Shown piece after piece: positions 13,100-25,651 of a stretch of DNA of 64,000 nt. The notes under the pieces were generated by a model. That model ran no database searches and was not told where the DNA came from. It was given only the letters and a program-made list of their open reading frames with translations. The position numbers were made by a program, and so were the translations under genes. The stretch covers positions 59,458,001 to 59,522,000 of the forward strand of contig NC_043002.1 in NCBI RefSeq assembly GCF_006345805.1, written 5' to 3'. This DNA is from Octopus sinensis. Its lineage: Eukaryota. Each line of letters starts with the position of its first letter. Within the stretch, counting starts at the first letter, position 1.

Positions 13100-13778
13100 C
13101 AATAATAACGACGACGATGATGTCGATGATGATAATGATGATGGTGGTGGTGGTGGCGGCGGCGGCGGCGATAGTAATTATGATAAAATTAGCGAAGAAT
13201 GATATGAAAAAAAAAACGAATAATAATATGAAGAAAAAACAAAAAAGAAAGACAAATAATAAATGAAGTGACTTTAATAGATTCACGTTAACATCAATAA
13301 CAAGAACATAACGACACAACAGAAATAATAACAATGACGACGACGAGACAAATAATAGTTTCTTCGTTCATAATAATTTTAAAGAATAAGGAAAAGAAAT
13401 GAATAAAGTGCGACGGAACGAAACGAATGAGAGACTAATGATAAGAGTTAGAAGAATGTAAAGTTGCCTTTGTCATCAACGCGTTATAATCTTGACCACC
13501 ACCACCACTATAATCATCATCATCATCGTCGTCGTCGTCATCATCATCATCATCATCGCCGTCATTGCTGTCGTTCTCATCGTCTTCATTATGGTCATCA
13601 TCATCATCATCATTATCCTCCTCCTCCTCCTCCTCCTCATCATCATCATCATCATCATCATCAATATCTTCCTCCTCCGACTTCATCAACACCATTAATA
13701 TGCCCATGGGCATATGGCGTAGTGGATAAGAGCGCGGGCTACTAACCCCAGGATTCCGAGTTCGATTCTCGGCAGTGA

Positions 13779-13809
<31 letters not shown>

Positions 13810-13810
13810 C

Positions 13811-13871
<61 letters not shown>

Positions 13872-13888
13872 TGATGACAATAATAATG

Positions 13889-13943
<55 letters not shown>

Positions 13944-14344
13944 CAACAACAACAACAACATCGATATCTTAGGAATGAGAACCCAGGATCGAAATTTACC
14001 CAAGACACCTGATGAAGCCTTGAGAGTATATCAAGCGAAACGTTTGGTTAACAACAAACAAGATGAGGACAAATATCCGTCAAATATAAATAATGAACAC
14101 CATTAATATCATCATCGGCATATCATCATCATCATCATCATCATCACCACCATCATCAGCAGCAGCATTACCATCATCACCACCAGTATCAATAATCATC
14201 AAGCACCATCATCATCAAACGTCGTTGTCGTCATCATCACAAATCTCCTCCTTCTGGTCTTCTTCTTTTTCTTCTCGTCTTCGTCTTCGCCTTCTCCTTC
14301 TTCTTCTCCTCCTTATCACCACCACAAAAGCCACCACCACTACC

Positions 14345-14414
<70 letters not shown>

Positions 14415-15159
14415 ACATTGTGGTCGTCGAGTAGACATTATCATCATGGTTGCCGCAGCTGTTGCCGCTGCCGTCGCCGTCGCCGTCATCCAGATTACTA
14501 TTTTTGCTGCCGTCGTCATCACCATCATCATCATAAGCACCATCATAGGCTGTTTCCATAGCGGTACTCGTCCTCGTCATCACCCTCATTGCTGCCACCA
14601 TCATCATCATCGCCATCATCATCGACATCGTCGTCGACGTTGTCATCAGCCACGGCGATGATTCTCATCACCAATTTCGTGAGCAACATTATTGACGTAA
14701 ACGTACACTTCTGAAGCGACATCTGTAAAAACAATATCTAACAACAACAGCAAGAACAACAATATGAACCAACTCAACGGAAACAATAATGGCTGATGAC
14801 AATAAAAATAAAACAAAATTAATAGCGAAACAAATAATTCATGAAAAAATTTAAACAACCCCGTCATCCATGACGTCACCGCCGACATCTTTGGCATTAG
14901 CATCGTTAACAGAACCACTGGCATAAGGCAATCGCCACCACCAACTCTACCATTTCTATCATCAACACGGCCACCATCATCACATTCCTCGTCGTCGTCA
15001 TCATCATCGTCATCACGGCCACCATCATTATCATCGTCGTCGTCGTCGTCATCGTCATAATCATCATCAACATCATCATCACAGCTACTATCATCTTCAT
15101 CATCACCATCATCATTAACGTCACCATTATCATCATTATCATTACTACAACCAACACCA

Positions 15160-15195
<36 letters not shown>

Positions 15196-15720
15196 TTTTC
15201 TCCTGCTCCTGCTCTTCCTGCTGCTCCTCTTGCCCCGCCTATTCCTCCTCCTCCTCCTCACCACCACCACTGCAACAACCACAATCATCGTTATTATGAT
15301 TATTACCACCCTCACCCCACCCCCACATCAACCCCCCACCGCCACCACCATCACCACCATCGTCGTCATATTCAGTATCGTCATAATCATTATCATCATC
15401 ATTATTGTTCCTTATATAGTTGTAGAACGACAAAACATTACCACTACCACCACTACCACCACCACCTCCACCATCACCATCATTTCCACCACCACCACCA
15501 CCACCACCAAAACCACTACCATCATCACCACCACCACCACCACCACCACCATCACCACCACCACCAACACCATCATCACCACCACCACCACCACCATCAC
15601 TGCCATCACCACCACCTCCATCCACCACCACTACCACCACCGTCATCATCGTCACTATCACCAGTGTCAACAACGGTATAGCAACAACGACAATGATACC
15701 AGCGGCAAAGACGAAGCCGA
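13100..15720. repeat. Compound trinucleotide microsatellite block ((CAT/CAC/CGT/GAT/AAT)n)
   Basis: Continuous mixed trinucleotide runs, interrupted by the SINE at 13708-14095. Source of many poly-amino-acid ORFs. Confidence 0.9.
13708..14095 (+). mobile_element. tRNA-derived SINE family E: tRNA head + (AAT)n + hammerhead-like tail
   Basis: A box TGGCGTAGTGG (13715-13725), B box GTTCGATTC (13760-13768), (AAT)n/(AAC)n at 13783-13958, then a tail with CTGATGA (14009-14015), a hairpin and GAAAC (14037-14041). Confidence 0.75.
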
Positions 15721-15982
15721 AAACAACGACATAAGCGGCCATGTAAAACAGCGATGGTTACTAACATCTCGCTATCAGACGCGAAATAAAATCCGAGGAG
15801 TTTTTATTACTGAAAGAGAAAAAAAAAGGCCCAAAAAGCAAATCGGAAAAAAAATCCCAAAGTTTTTCCGATACAAAAAAACAAAACGATTTACTGAAAT
15901 AATTTCAAAATATTTTTCTATAATAAACTTAGAATTGCTGCTCCCACAGATATTGAACAGTAATAACGATTCTTTCTTTCTA

Positions 15983-15998
15983 CCGACAGATGGCACTG
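15983..15998 (+). promoter_or_regulatory. CTCF-like motif CCGACAGATGGCACTG
   Basis: Partial match to the CTCF core, in the same orientation as 722 and 11869. Confidence 0.2.
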
Positions 15999-16433
15999 TT
16001 TTTATTGATCTTTATTCACCTTTAAAATAGAAAGAAAAAAAGAACAACTTATAAACTGTATTTTATTAAAAAAATTTTTCTGTTTCTGTTTCCAATTTTT
16101 TCTTTTAATTTTATGTTTATATAAACTTTCATTCGCTGAGTCTTTTTTTTCTGTCAATATTCCTATCTTTTTTATTTTCGATTTACTTCTTCATTTGTAA
16201 TCCCCTTCCTCTTTCTTTCTTTATTTCTTTCTCTCTTCTTCTCCATCAATTCCTTTTTCTCTTTTTCTTATCGTAATTCATTCTGTGTAACATACTTTTG
16301 GCTATTGCTTTCCAATTTTTTTTCATTGTATAATGTTTGTTTCTCCTAATTTTCTTTAGTCACACAGACTGTCTGTCTATTTGTGCTTCTGGCATTTTTT
16401 GCACTTTTGTTAATTTTTTTCCGTACGCCCCTA

Positions 16434-16544
<111 letters not shown>

Positions 16545-16703
16545 TCTCAATGTTGCATCGCCGGTGATAAATTCTCGTCAGTCTTTATAAAAAATTGTAT
16601 TTTAATGGTAACAGTTTCAAATAACAGTCGCAAGCACACATCGGTGTAATTGAATTAATCGTACCCTCATCATCGTGGCGTACTGGTAATTCAGTTCCTC
16701 CCC

Positions 16704-16741
<38 letters not shown>

Positions 16742-16784
16742 CCAAATCGGTGTCAGAGTATCTTCAGAAATGGATACATGTATG

Positions 16785-16819
<35 letters not shown>

Positions 16820-16822
<3 letters not shown>

Positions 16823-17192
16823 TGCTTACCAACCACATAGTTCCGGGTTCAGTCCCACTGCGTTGCACCTTGGGCAAGTGTCTTCTTGTATAGCCTCGGG
16901 CCAACCAAAGCCTTGGGAGTGGATTTGATAGACGGAAACTGAAAGAAGTCCGTTGTATACATGTATATGTATATATATGGGTGTGTGTTTTTGTGTGTCT
17001 GTTTTTTTCCCCCCAACATCGCTTGACAACCGATGCTGGTGTGTTTACGTCCCGATAACTTAGCGGTTCGGCAAAAGGGACCGATAGAATAAGTACTAGG
17101 CTTACAAAGAATAAGTCCTGGGGTCGATTTGCTCGACTAAAGGCGGTGCTCCAGCATGGCCACATTTAAATGACTGAAGCAAGTAAAAGAGT
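16820..17192 (+). mobile_element. SINE family A copy (5' end lost)
   Basis: Highly similar to 17625-18030 from gcttaccaaccac to the gtaaaagagt tail. Confidence 0.85.
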
Positions 17193-17236
17193 ATATATAT
17201 ATATTATATGTATATATGTGTGTGTGTGTGTCTCTG

Positions 17237-17353
17237 TAATATAATATGTGACAATTATTAGGTTTCCAAAATATAAGACTCCGAGTATCGGATGTCAGTG
17301 TGGAAACTCGGAGTCTTATTATGGCAACCTAATAATTGTCGCATATTATATTA
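17237..17353. mobile_element. Short foldback/MITE-like hairpin
   Basis: Arms 17237-17286 (taatataatatgtgacaattattagg...taagactccgagt) and 17306-17353 are imperfect reverse complements around a 19-nt spacer, with TA at both ends. Confidence 0.55.
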
Positions 17354-17624
17354 GATTCATTATTTTGTTGTCTTACCATTACTATTAATATATATATATG
17401 TATGTATATGCTCCAAGTCGAGTCGCATTTGTTGTAGTAATGAAATCAAACCAAATATTAATATTTGGTGTATATATATAATCAAAATAAACAATAGGAT
17501 ATCAAGAAGTGATGCAGTACGACTGTTTCAAGCGGCTCCATTTATTGGAACAAATCAATTATTACATCAGTTTAAATGCAGTGCCATCATCAACTGCACA
17601 AATAAATAAATAGAATTTTAACCA

Positions 17625-18030
17625 GGCGCAAGAGTGGCTGTGTGGTAAGTAGCTTGCTAACCAACCACATGGTTCCGGGTTCAGTCCCACTGCGTGGTAT
17701 CTTGGGCAAGTGTCTTCTGCTATAGCCCCGGGCCGACCAATGCCTTGTGAGTGGATATGGTAGACAGAAACTGAAAGAAGCCTGTCGTATATATGTATTA
17801 TATATATGTATGCGTGTGTGTGTTGTATGTCTGTGTTTGTCCCACTAGCATTGCTTGACAACCGATGCTGGTGTGTTTACGTCCCCGTCCCTTAGCGGTT
17901 CGGCAAAAGAGACCGATAGAATAAGTACTGAGCTTCCAAAGAATAAGTCCCGGGGTTGATTTGCTCGACTAAAGGCGGTGCTCCAGCATGGCCGCAGTCA
18001 AATGACTGAAATAAGTAAAAGAGTAAAAAG
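17625..18030 (+). mobile_element. tRNA-derived SINE family A, near full length
   Basis: Head ggcgcaagagtggctgtgtggtaag...ccgggttcagtccc (Pol III boxes), internal (TA)/(TG) microsatellite, conserved 3' body and (AAAAGAGT)-type tail. At least ten related copies in the window. Confidence 0.9.
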
Positions 18031-19244
18031 TTGGACACATTAATATAATTTTTCTCAAATACTTTAACAGAGCAAGAAGATAGAAGAAATTCATGTTGTT
18101 GCTATTGTAGCTAAGAATAGACTACACTTCCAAGTATCGCATGAAGCTCATTGGGGTCATAGCTTGTAAAGGATTGTGATTCATTTCTAATTTCTTTATC
18201 TCTTTATCAGCTACTAAATCTAAGACTGTGTCTGTTTAGAATAAAGGACAAGAGTGAGTTGATGGCTCATTGCTAGGTATGGTCAGAAATATTATCCTAT
18301 GTATCCTTTTCCTCAGGGAGGAAATAAGACATTAGGAGTAGTCAATTGGATATAGAGTATCTGTCTATAAAATGAGGCTGGATAGGGGACGACTCTAAAT
18401 CATGATGTTAATTACCAGTTAAAGGGGCAAAACGCTAAGAAACCTAGGATGTTATATTGCATACAACATAACAATATTGTTTATAAACAATCACACAGTG
18501 CCCCAAGATAAAATTACCTCTGTATTAACATACATACATATATTCATGCATATATCTTTAGAATAAAATATTTTCCATTATAAATTGTTAGCCCCGATAA
18601 ACTTTTAAGGAAACTTTTACATTTTCACTTATTGTATAATAGCCACTCTATGGCAGCACCTTATGGCGGTTTTCGTCAACCGAATTGAACCCCAGTACTT
18701 AGGTATATATTCATTTCTTTTATTCCATTTTACAGTAAGGATCTGCAGATCGGCAACAGAAAACATTCTCCCCTCCTTGTGCAAAATAATGGATATCCAT
18801 TTAAAGACACAAACACACAGACAGACCTCCTCTCCCCACACAGCACCCCCACATAACACGTACAAACACCCACACACATGAAATCTGTCGCATCTTTATT
18901 GTATGATCCTGATTAAGATATCAATGATAATGATGGTGTTGTGAGGTTGATAAGAATAAAACTAATAATAGTGATAATAACAAGGATGATAAACAAAAAC
19001 AAACATCCACCACCACCACCACCACCACCACCACCACCACCAACACAACAATGACAATAACAACGAGAACAACAATAAAAGTAATAATAATTTTGATGAT
19101 AAAGATGTTAATAATAATAAGTATATGAGGAGTATTTGTGTAAGTGCATATGTTTAGCTTGTATGTATGTATGTATGTATGCATGTATGTATGTATATAT
19201 CTATAAATGTACGCATTATTACATACGTATCATGAAAACATATC

Positions 19245-19281
<37 letters not shown>

Positions 19282-19402
19282 TAGATAATAGATAGATAGA
19301 TAGATAGCTATATCTATATCTATATTTATATATATATATAATATATATATATATAGATAGATAGATAGATAGATAGATAAAAGATAGATAGATAGATAGA
19401 TT

Positions 19403-19466
<64 letters not shown>

Positions 19467-19795
19467 CGTATATTTAGATATGTAATACATATATATATAT
19501 ACACACACAAACACACACACATATATATATTATATGTTTACATATATACGTATGGATGTGTGATGTATATACGCACAATCATACACAGACAACCTACGTA
19601 TCCGGTAAAGAAATGTTTTCGTAATTACAAGAATTTTATGAAAAAGATAATTACAATTTATGGGCAAATTATTTAAAAATATTTCTCGGAAGTGTCAATT
19701 ATCTCAGCCTAAGTGCTAATGTTTACAATACATTATGGAGGCTATATACTTCATCTTATTACTGGATTATAAACGCTACTACTACTACTACTACA

Positions 19796-19832
<37 letters not shown>

Positions 19833-20181
19833 AAGAAGTGGGCCGTAAAGAAATATGTAATATAATCCATCGATCTTGGGCATATGAAAATAGATCTTGG
19901 CGGAGTTTGAACTCAGAGTGCAAAAAGTTCGAAGAATAAATGTAAGAACATGATAAATTTGCTGAAATAATTTCAAAATGTGTTTCTATAATAGGTGCAG
20001 GAGTGGCTGTGTGGCAACAAGCTTGATTTTCAATCACATGCTTCTGGGTTCAGTCCCACTGCGCGGCACCTTGAGCAACTGTCTTCTACCATAGTCTCAG
20101 GCCGACCAAAACTTTGTGAGTGGATTTGGTAAACAGAAACAGAAACCATTATACATATATATGTATATACATATATATGTA

Positions 20182-20240
<59 letters not shown>

Positions 20241-20242
20241 AT

Positions 20243-20292
<50 letters not shown>

Positions 20293-20574
20293 GTGTGTGT
20301 GTGTGGTGTGCACATATACATATGTATATGTACATACATCAGTACGTATATATATGCATATGAGGACACAGGACGACACGAAACGTGTACAGCAAAAAAA
20401 TACGAAGCATGAGTACGTGCAACATGAACTGTTCTTTCGAACATCGAAAGACACAAATGGGAAACAACAAACAACATAAAGAGCGACCCTCCATCAGTTG
20501 TTGGCTGTTTTTCTAGTCTCGTATTTCGAGCATTTAACTACAATATACGCTTTTGATAAAATTGACAAAATATC

Positions 20575-21440
20575 TATTTCTTTACTACCAACAAGGGGCT
20601 AAACACAAAGAGGACAAACAAGGACAAACGGATTAAGTCGATTATATCGACCCCAGTGCGTAAGAGGTACTTATTTAAACGACCCCGAAAGGATGAAAGG
20701 CAAATCGACCTTGGCGGAATTTGAACTCAGAAAGTAGCGGCAGAGGAAATACCGCTAAGAATTTCGCCTGGCGTGCTAATAATTCTGCCAGCTCGATACC
20801 TTCATTTAATAAGAATAATAATAATCCTTTCTATTATAGGCACAAGGCCTAAAATTTGAGGGGAGGGGACGAGTCGATTACATCAACCTGAGTGTTTCAT
20901 TAGTACTAAAATTATCGACCTCGAAAGGATGAAAAGCAAAAGTCGACCTCAGCGGAATTTGAATTCAGAACGTAATGACAGACGAAATACATCTAAGCTT
21001 TTCGCCAGGTGTGCTAACGCTTCTTGTTTTTTATTGCCCACAAGCGGCTAAACATAGAGGGGACAAATAAGGACAGACAAAGGGATTAAGTCGATTACAT
21101 CGACCCCAGTGCGTAACTGGTACTTAATTTATCGACCCCGAAAGGATGAAAGGCAAAGTCGCCTCGGCGGAATTTGAACTCAGAACATAATGGTAGACGA
21201 AATACCTATTTCTTTACCACTCACAAGGGGCTAAACACACAGGGGACAAACAAGGACAGAAAAACGGATTAAGTGGATTATATCGACTTCAGTGCGTAAC
21301 TGGTACTTAATCTATTTACCCCGAAAGGATGAAAGGCAAAGTCGACCTCGGCGGAATTTGAACTCCGAACGTAACGGCAGACGAAATACGGCTACGCATT
21401 TCGTCTGGCGTGCTAATGTTTCTGCCAGCTCGCCGCCTTC
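20575..21440 (-). mobile_element. Cluster of head-to-tail SINE family B copies
   Basis: Four to five same-orientation repeats of accccgaaaggatgaaaggcaaagtcgacctcggcggaatttgaactc (reverse complement of the family B core). Confidence 0.9.
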
Positions 21441-21550
21441 TTACCAGAACATATTGAACGGGTAACATTGGTCGGCTAACATTTTTCCACATTCTACCGA
21501 TTCGAGAAATCGAACCTAATAAACCGAAAAGTAGTAGCGGCAGCAGCAGA

Positions 21551-21585
<35 letters not shown>

Positions 21586-21890
21586 AATCTATGCATGTAT
21601 GTATATAGATGCATCTTTGTATGAGTCTAGGAAACATACATGAGCCAAGAAAAGCGCACTCACACACACACACACATGCATATGCACATATGTGCACATA
21701 CATGTTACTATGCAGCAGTAAAAACATTATAAATGTGTATGAGGGCCCGATTATATGTGCTTTTATGTATCCGTGAGCAACCGTGCGTACGTGTGTGTGT
21801 GACTGCACGTGTGTATAAGTATATGTAGGAATACATACACATATATGTATATATATATATATACATATACATATATGTATATGCATATGT

Positions 21891-21922
<32 letters not shown>

Positions 21923-22243
21923 GTATATGCATATGTATATGTATTCATACATACATATGTAGCGTATCAGTCGTTGCGTAAGGACAAAGATAAATTAATA
22001 TTCTACAGGATTAGATGAACAAATGCAAGTATATCCTTAACATAATCCTCATCTAATGTTAATCTCAATGCATGTTGCAGAATATCAGTTTGAACTGTAT
22101 TAATGTTAAGGTTTAAGATGATTCATTCCGCCATGTTACATTGTACCACGCGACTAAATTTCTGTAAGTTTTCATAGATGGCTTCATTTATCAATTCTAA
22201 TGAGTCTCCACATTCTACATAACCATAATCTGTCATTCACATA

Positions 22244-22720
22244 GTGTATGTATGTTTTGTATGTATGTATGTATGTATGTATGTATGTATGTATGTATGT
22301 ATGTATGTATGTATCTATGAATGTATGATGTATGTCTGCATGTATGTATATATATGTATGTATGTATGGATGTATGTATTTATGTATGTATGTATTATGA
22401 TGTATGTATGCATGTATGTATGTATTTATGTATGTATGTATGTATGTATGATGTATGTATGTATTTATGTATGTATGATGTATGTATGTATGTATTTATG
22501 TATGTATGTATGATGTATGTATGTATGTATGTATGCATTTATGTATGTATGTAAATATGTATGTATGTATGTATGATGTATGTATGTATGTATGCATGTA
22601 TGTATGTATGTATGTATGTATGGATTTATGTAAGTATGTATGTATGTATGTAGCTATGTATGTATGTATGTACGTATGTATGTATGTATGTATGTATGTA
22701 TGTATGTATGTATGTATGTA
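22244..22720. repeat. Degenerate (TATG)n tetranucleotide array
   Basis: About 480 bp of TATG units with single-base variants. Confidence 0.95.
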
Positions 22721-22857
22721 TCTATTTGCGTGTTTATCTAATCCGCGATAGGCATATTAGTTCCTTACAGAAATACACTCTTATATACACACTCATATTG
22801 ACATGTAGACAAACATACACACACATATGTGTGTGCGTATATGCATGTTTGTATTTG

Positions 22858-22980
22858 AAGGCGAGTGGCGGAGCGGTTAAGGCGTTGCACTCAGGATCGC
22901 AAGATCGCAGTCTCGATTCCCGTACCGCGCAGTGCATTGTATTCTTGTACAAAGCACTTCATTTCACGGTGCCTTACGGT
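22858..22980 (+). mobile_element. tRNA-derived SINE head fragment
   Basis: gtggcggagcggttaag...tctcgattccc (A and B boxes), followed by cttgtacaaagcacttcatttcac. Confidence 0.55.
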
Positions 22981-23772
22981 CATTTTGACATCTGTCGATT
23001 CAAAGAAAAGTGGGAAGTAGAAATTGCTGAACTAATTTTCGAGGACACGAGTAACAGCCGTTTAATTAAATAATCAATTATATATGGCATAGATACAATT
23101 CAGCCATAACCATTCATTTACAGATACGCAGTCGGATCGAACTCGGGATCTTATGATTTGCGGAGCGAATGTCTTGATCCTTTATCCGTGCTGCGATCAC
23201 AGAAATAAAGAGGGTTTATAGTTGTTCTAATCCATCGAAGAACGTCGTTGCTATCTATTTCATAGTTGTCAGAGGGATAAAATGAGATTAGTGTGACGAA
23301 TGATTTGAATAATCTATCTATCAAATTATTCCCCTGTAAGATAATTACAGAAGGAGGCAGGAATGGCTGTGTGGTCAAGAAGTTCGCTTTGTTATGACGA
23401 AGTTTCAGGTTCAGTCTCACTGCACGGACCCAAAGACAAATATAACACAGGGACGAAAAATTATTTGTGAGTTAACTTGATTGGCGGTAACAGTGTGGTA
23501 AACAGTTGAAGAACGTAGGCTCGAAACGTAAAAGACTTTTCCATTTTTCCAAACTAATACACTAGCTTGTTCTTCATGCACCTGTCTTAGTTTTTGCTTT
23601 TCTAGAAATTCCAACCATATGTATGTGGGTGATTTGTAATTTCAACAGGATTATATTCCGTTTTGCTTTGAATTAATTAGGCTTGGAAAGAACTTGTATA
23701 GTTTTTATTGGATATACGTACCAACTTGGAATAAATAACGTCTACACTATTTTTTCATTTCCTTATACTTAT

Positions 23773-23834
<62 letters not shown>

Positions 23835-23854
23835 CATATACATATATATATTAC

Positions 23855-24326
23855 TGAGCCCAGTAATATTTATAAGTTTGGCATCTATTTCATCGCTTCG
23901 GTTTACTGAACCTCTACGTTATGGATATGAAAACAAACCAATCCTGGTGGTCAAGCGGTTGTAGGCGACAAATACACACATATATATATAGCTGAAATTT
24001 ATAGAAAAACAAAAGATAAAGACAAGTGTGTGAACATTCTCTCTCTTTTTTTGTTTCCTCTTATTAACTTTTGCTGAGAAGCACAGGCTCGAAACGTAAA
24101 AGACTTATTCATGTTTCCCGAGCGTCAAACTAACACACTTGTTGTTCATACACTTGTCTTTATCTTTTGTTTTTCTATAAATTTCAGCTATATATATATA
24201 TGTGTGTATTTGTCGCCTACAACCGCTTGACCACCAGGATTGGTTTGTTTTCATATCCATAACGTAGAGGTTCAGTAAACCGAAGCGATGAAATAGATGC
24301 CAAACTTATAAATATTACTGGGCTCA
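23855..24326. repeat. Recent inverted duplication (arms 23855-24036 and 24143-24326)
   Basis: 182- and 184-nt arms are reverse complements differing by one substitution and one TA unit, with a 106-nt spacer. Confidence 0.95.
24060..24190 (+). mobile_element. Penelope-like 3'-tail family F1 copy
   Basis: gagaagcacaggctcgaaacgtaaaagact...aaactaacacact...ataaatttcagc ending at (TA)n. Related copies at ~23495-23630 (+), 26150-26340 (-), 29130-29282 (+), 30630-30810 (-) and 30830-30975 (+). The Penelope assignment is inference. Confidence 0.55.
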
Positions 24327-25205
24327 CTTCCTTCCACCAAATCTTTCAACGCGATAGCCCAGCATGACCGCAGTGCAAAAAATGAAACAGGCATGAATGA
24401 ACCAACTCCGTCAGTCACTTATTTGTCCAGAATCATTACGATTTCGGGGCACTTTAATATTGGTATCACTGAAATAGAAAGCACCGTGGTTAACATTATA
24501 TAAAACATGAACAAAAAAAATGAACAAAAAAACATAGTTATATGACTCGAACCGTAAAGACTAAAGAACAGACGCAAAGTATTTACAAAGAACATGCGTT
24601 TAGAGTTGAGAAAGAAATAAAGAAGATGCTAGCGTGGGGGTGGAGACGAGGGAAAATTAGAAGAAGTACTTCCGGTGATCTACGGTATGAAACAGAGAGA
24701 AATATTGAACTCGTGTGACAAAACTCATGCGACAAAACTACGATAGAAAGGCACCGTGGAAGTCACCAGAAATGGGTGAGATAAAAGGGAGATAACAATG
24801 CGACAGAGGGAGGGAAATAAAATGAATAATAGGAAGGGCAAGACAGAGTGAGAAATAGAAAGTGTGAATCATAATGACAGAAATATATCCATTGCAATGA
24901 AAGTAATGGGAAGAAATGAATATTGTATAATATATCGAATGATATATATTATATTAGTTCACATTTCTAAACTAACTATATGAACTATACTGGAATGCAA
25001 GTTAATATTACGGATTTTGAGTATGAATATTATGGATTATTGAAGTAGAATAACCAAGGAAATATATATATGGATTTAAAGACTCTCATCAAATGTAGTA
25101 ATTTTAAATTTTAATTTTACATTGCAAAGAAACACCATTTTACAATTTTACTTCAATTTATAAAAACAAACTATCATTCGATATAGTATACAATATTCAT
25201 ATTTT

Positions 25206-25298
25206 ATATCTCTGAAGAGCAGATGAGTTGTCTATAAATGCTTATCAATATAGGACTTCATTATAGGGACAACTCTTCTGCGAGACGATCGTAGAAAG
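25206..25298 (+). ncRNA. Decayed type I hammerhead ribozyme with long stem II
   Basis: CTGAAGA (25212-25218). Stem II 25219-25281 (GCAGA/TCTGC, GAGTTGTC/GACAACTC, TATAA/TTATA). GAGA in place of GAAA (25282-25285). Palindromic stem III ACGATCGT, GTA triplet ending at 25293. Stem I is degenerate. Confidence 0.6.
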
Positions 25299-25617
25299 CT
25301 TAGATAATTAATGCAAAACTTTTAAACTATCAAATTTATTTTATACATTATATTTATATTTTTATATTTATTTATTTATATATATTTTTAATAAAATAAA
25401 TTCTTTCACACGGGTATATTTTTATGATGAGTTTGGATATCAATTTTCTTATATTAATAATAATAATAATAATAATATATTATTAAAAAATATATCTATA
25501 TATCGCTCGTGTTAAATATATAAATACTTTAATAGTATTAATATTTTTATACCATAGAGCACTCAATATAAATTCAGTATAAAATATTCTTATTGAATAT
25601 ATTTACCTAAAAAAATT

Positions 25618-25651
<34 letters not shown>

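Noticed and set aside
13708-13781. tRNA-like sequences (also 22858-22925, 23122-23195, 36213-36280, 60052-60120)
   Set aside because: A and B boxes are present but the acceptor stems are not intact, and each continues into a dispersed repeat body. They are SINE heads, not tRNA genes.
15230-16030. 266-aa ORF with mucin-like poly-Thr and poly-His
   Set aside because: Built from (ACC)/(CAT) runs. All frames and both strands give homopolymeric ORFs, and there is no splice or domain support.
20575-21440. Regularly recurring ~45-nt conserved blocks resembling a CRISPR array
   Set aside because: The sequences between blocks are homologous to each other, and the unit is a dispersed SINE in eukaryotic DNA. 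No cas genes.
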